64,000 nt of DNA from Chiloscyllium plagiosum. Its lineage: Eukaryota. Numbering within the stretch: position 1 is the stretch's first letter; each line of letters opens with the position of its first letter. The notes under the pieces are model-generated. The model had not been told where the DNA came from, did not search any database, and was given only the letters and a program-made list of their open reading frames with translations. The stretch is taken from the NCBI RefSeq assembly GCF_004010195.1, contig NC_057751.1:12319508-12383507 (forward strand). Direction: 5' to 3'. Below, in pieces: positions 62,490-64,000 of this stretch. The position numbers and the translations under genes are program-made.

Positions 62490-62730
62490 GTGGAGAGGAC
62501 TTTTTTTCTCTGAAGGGTGAGTCCAGAACTCAGGAAAAACGTTTTAGGGAAGAAATTAGGAGAATTTTTTTTTCTCTCTCAGAAGGTTGTAGAGGTGGGG
62601 TGATTCAATATTTTTAAGGAAGAGATAGATTCTTGGAGGGTAAGGGAAGCATAGCTTATCAGGAGTGGATGGAAATATGGAATTTAAATCACAAACAGAT
62701 CAGCCGTTATCTGATTGATGAACAAAATGC
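62490..62730 (+). mobile_element. Degraded CR1 3' fragment
   Basis: gtccagaactcagg...gaagaaattaggagaattttt...ctcagaaggttgt...aaacagatcagccgttatctgattga. Confidence 0.55.
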
Positions 62731-64000
62731 AACTGCTCTAGCACAGTTGTGAAGGTGCTTATCTGATCCTTCATCCCTTTGCTGGCTCTTTGAAAGCATT
62801 GTCTAGTTTAGTCCCAGAGTTCACCTGTTTCCCAAAAACTTGAAAATTAATCTTCCTCAAATGCATGCCCGATCCAGTTGTCTTTTACTTGAGAGAAATG
62901 ATTTGGAAAGTAGCGGATATTTCTCCTTCAGGCTCCTTAATGCAGACAGTTGTTGGAATAAAGATGCTAACTGACGGAGGAAAGCATTAGGGAATTAAGG
63001 AGCGCAGTAGGTGATCAGTATCTGACATATGAAGGTGGCTGCTCACCACAAAGATATCTGGATAACTGAATTGTATTGAGAGATAGCAACTTAGCATAAT
63101 GAGCATTCGACCAGTGCAAACACCTAAATGTGAAAATATTCCACATTCCAAGTTGGAAATGTAATAAGAAGTGGCAGAATTGCACAGTGCTCAGTAGCCT
63201 TGCAGGACAAGGAAAATTGTGTAAATGATGCCCAGCATTCCCCATTAGCTCAACACTGAACTGATGGGTTTGATTCTTTCTGGTTAGTTAGATATGACCT
63301 TAATGGATGACCATATCGCCAGCGGCAACAATGATTTTCTGGAGCTTGACAATGTTTTATTTATCTTTGTTTTAAATACTAATTATGTCATTTGGTGGAG
63401 CCAGTGAAATATAACTCAAACTATACATTATACTATAAAACATCTCTTACCACTATCTGCATCTTATGGTTCGTTGCCATTTAATATGTACCAAGACTTA
63501 AAAGCAGGCACAATTTTGAATTATTCATGTTTTTATTTTTCTTTCTTTCTTTCCCTGGTCCTCTTTATCAGCCTTTTGCCTGTCATCGCACATATTACCC
63601 CAGAGAACATAGAGCATGGACTGTGGGTGTTGAAGAAGTGACTCACTACTGCCTTCTCAAGGAGCAGTCGGGATGAGAAATAAATGTGGGCCTCGCCAGC
63701 GGTGCCCACACCAGTGAAAGGGTGACAAAAAGGCATTGGCCAGGCTTCTGCTTTCTGGTGCACGGTATCACAATGTGACCATCAGCTACCTGCCATCATA
63801 AAGCAACTTGTACCCACTGTGGGTCAACTCGAAATTCTCACAAGAAGTGTTACCGCGAGGGTAGCCAAACAGGATCGCTGGGTGGCTCTGTCAAAACTTC
63901 CTGTCACAAGGAGTAGAACCTTTTTTTTTGTTTCAGTTCCTTCAGAATATGTGGGCTTCACTGCTGACTGAGCCAGCATTTATTTCCCCCTCTTTATTGC

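Noticed and set aside
354..63763. The many 60-170 aa ORFs as standalone genes
   Set aside because: They are fragments or antisense frames of retroelements, or random ORFs; this is intron-rich eukaryotic DNA.

Overview
Eukaryotic, AT-rich, repeat-dense DNA from a cartilaginous fish (elasmobranch; inferred from several HE1-type SINEs and Deu-domain SINEs), with two assembly gaps (10825-10854, 47022-47472). No long intact ORF is present. Most of the window looks like large introns of a + strand gene. Four short candidate exons (1233-1331, 34840-34901, 50761-50810, 54497-54530) splice in frame into a TM-loop-TM peptide resembling the middle of an MFS transporter (unidentified, low-moderate confidence). 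The rest is degraded retroelements: CR1 LINEs, a second CR1-group LINE, HE1/Deu/other tRNA SINEs, a solo LTR and many Penelope-like (PLE) pieces. The most interesting signals are: (i) about 14 minimal hammerhead-ribozyme motifs from four PLE families, six with intact catalytic cores and covarying stems; (ii) tiny TSD-flanked fold-back elements made only of inverted PLE termini; (iii) a ~330-bp direct duplication flanking a 5'-truncated SINE; (iv) a tRNA-headed, in-frame internally deleted LINE that looks like a LINE-to-SINE intermediate. All family names come from motif recognition by eye, no database was searched, and repeat boundaries are approximate.
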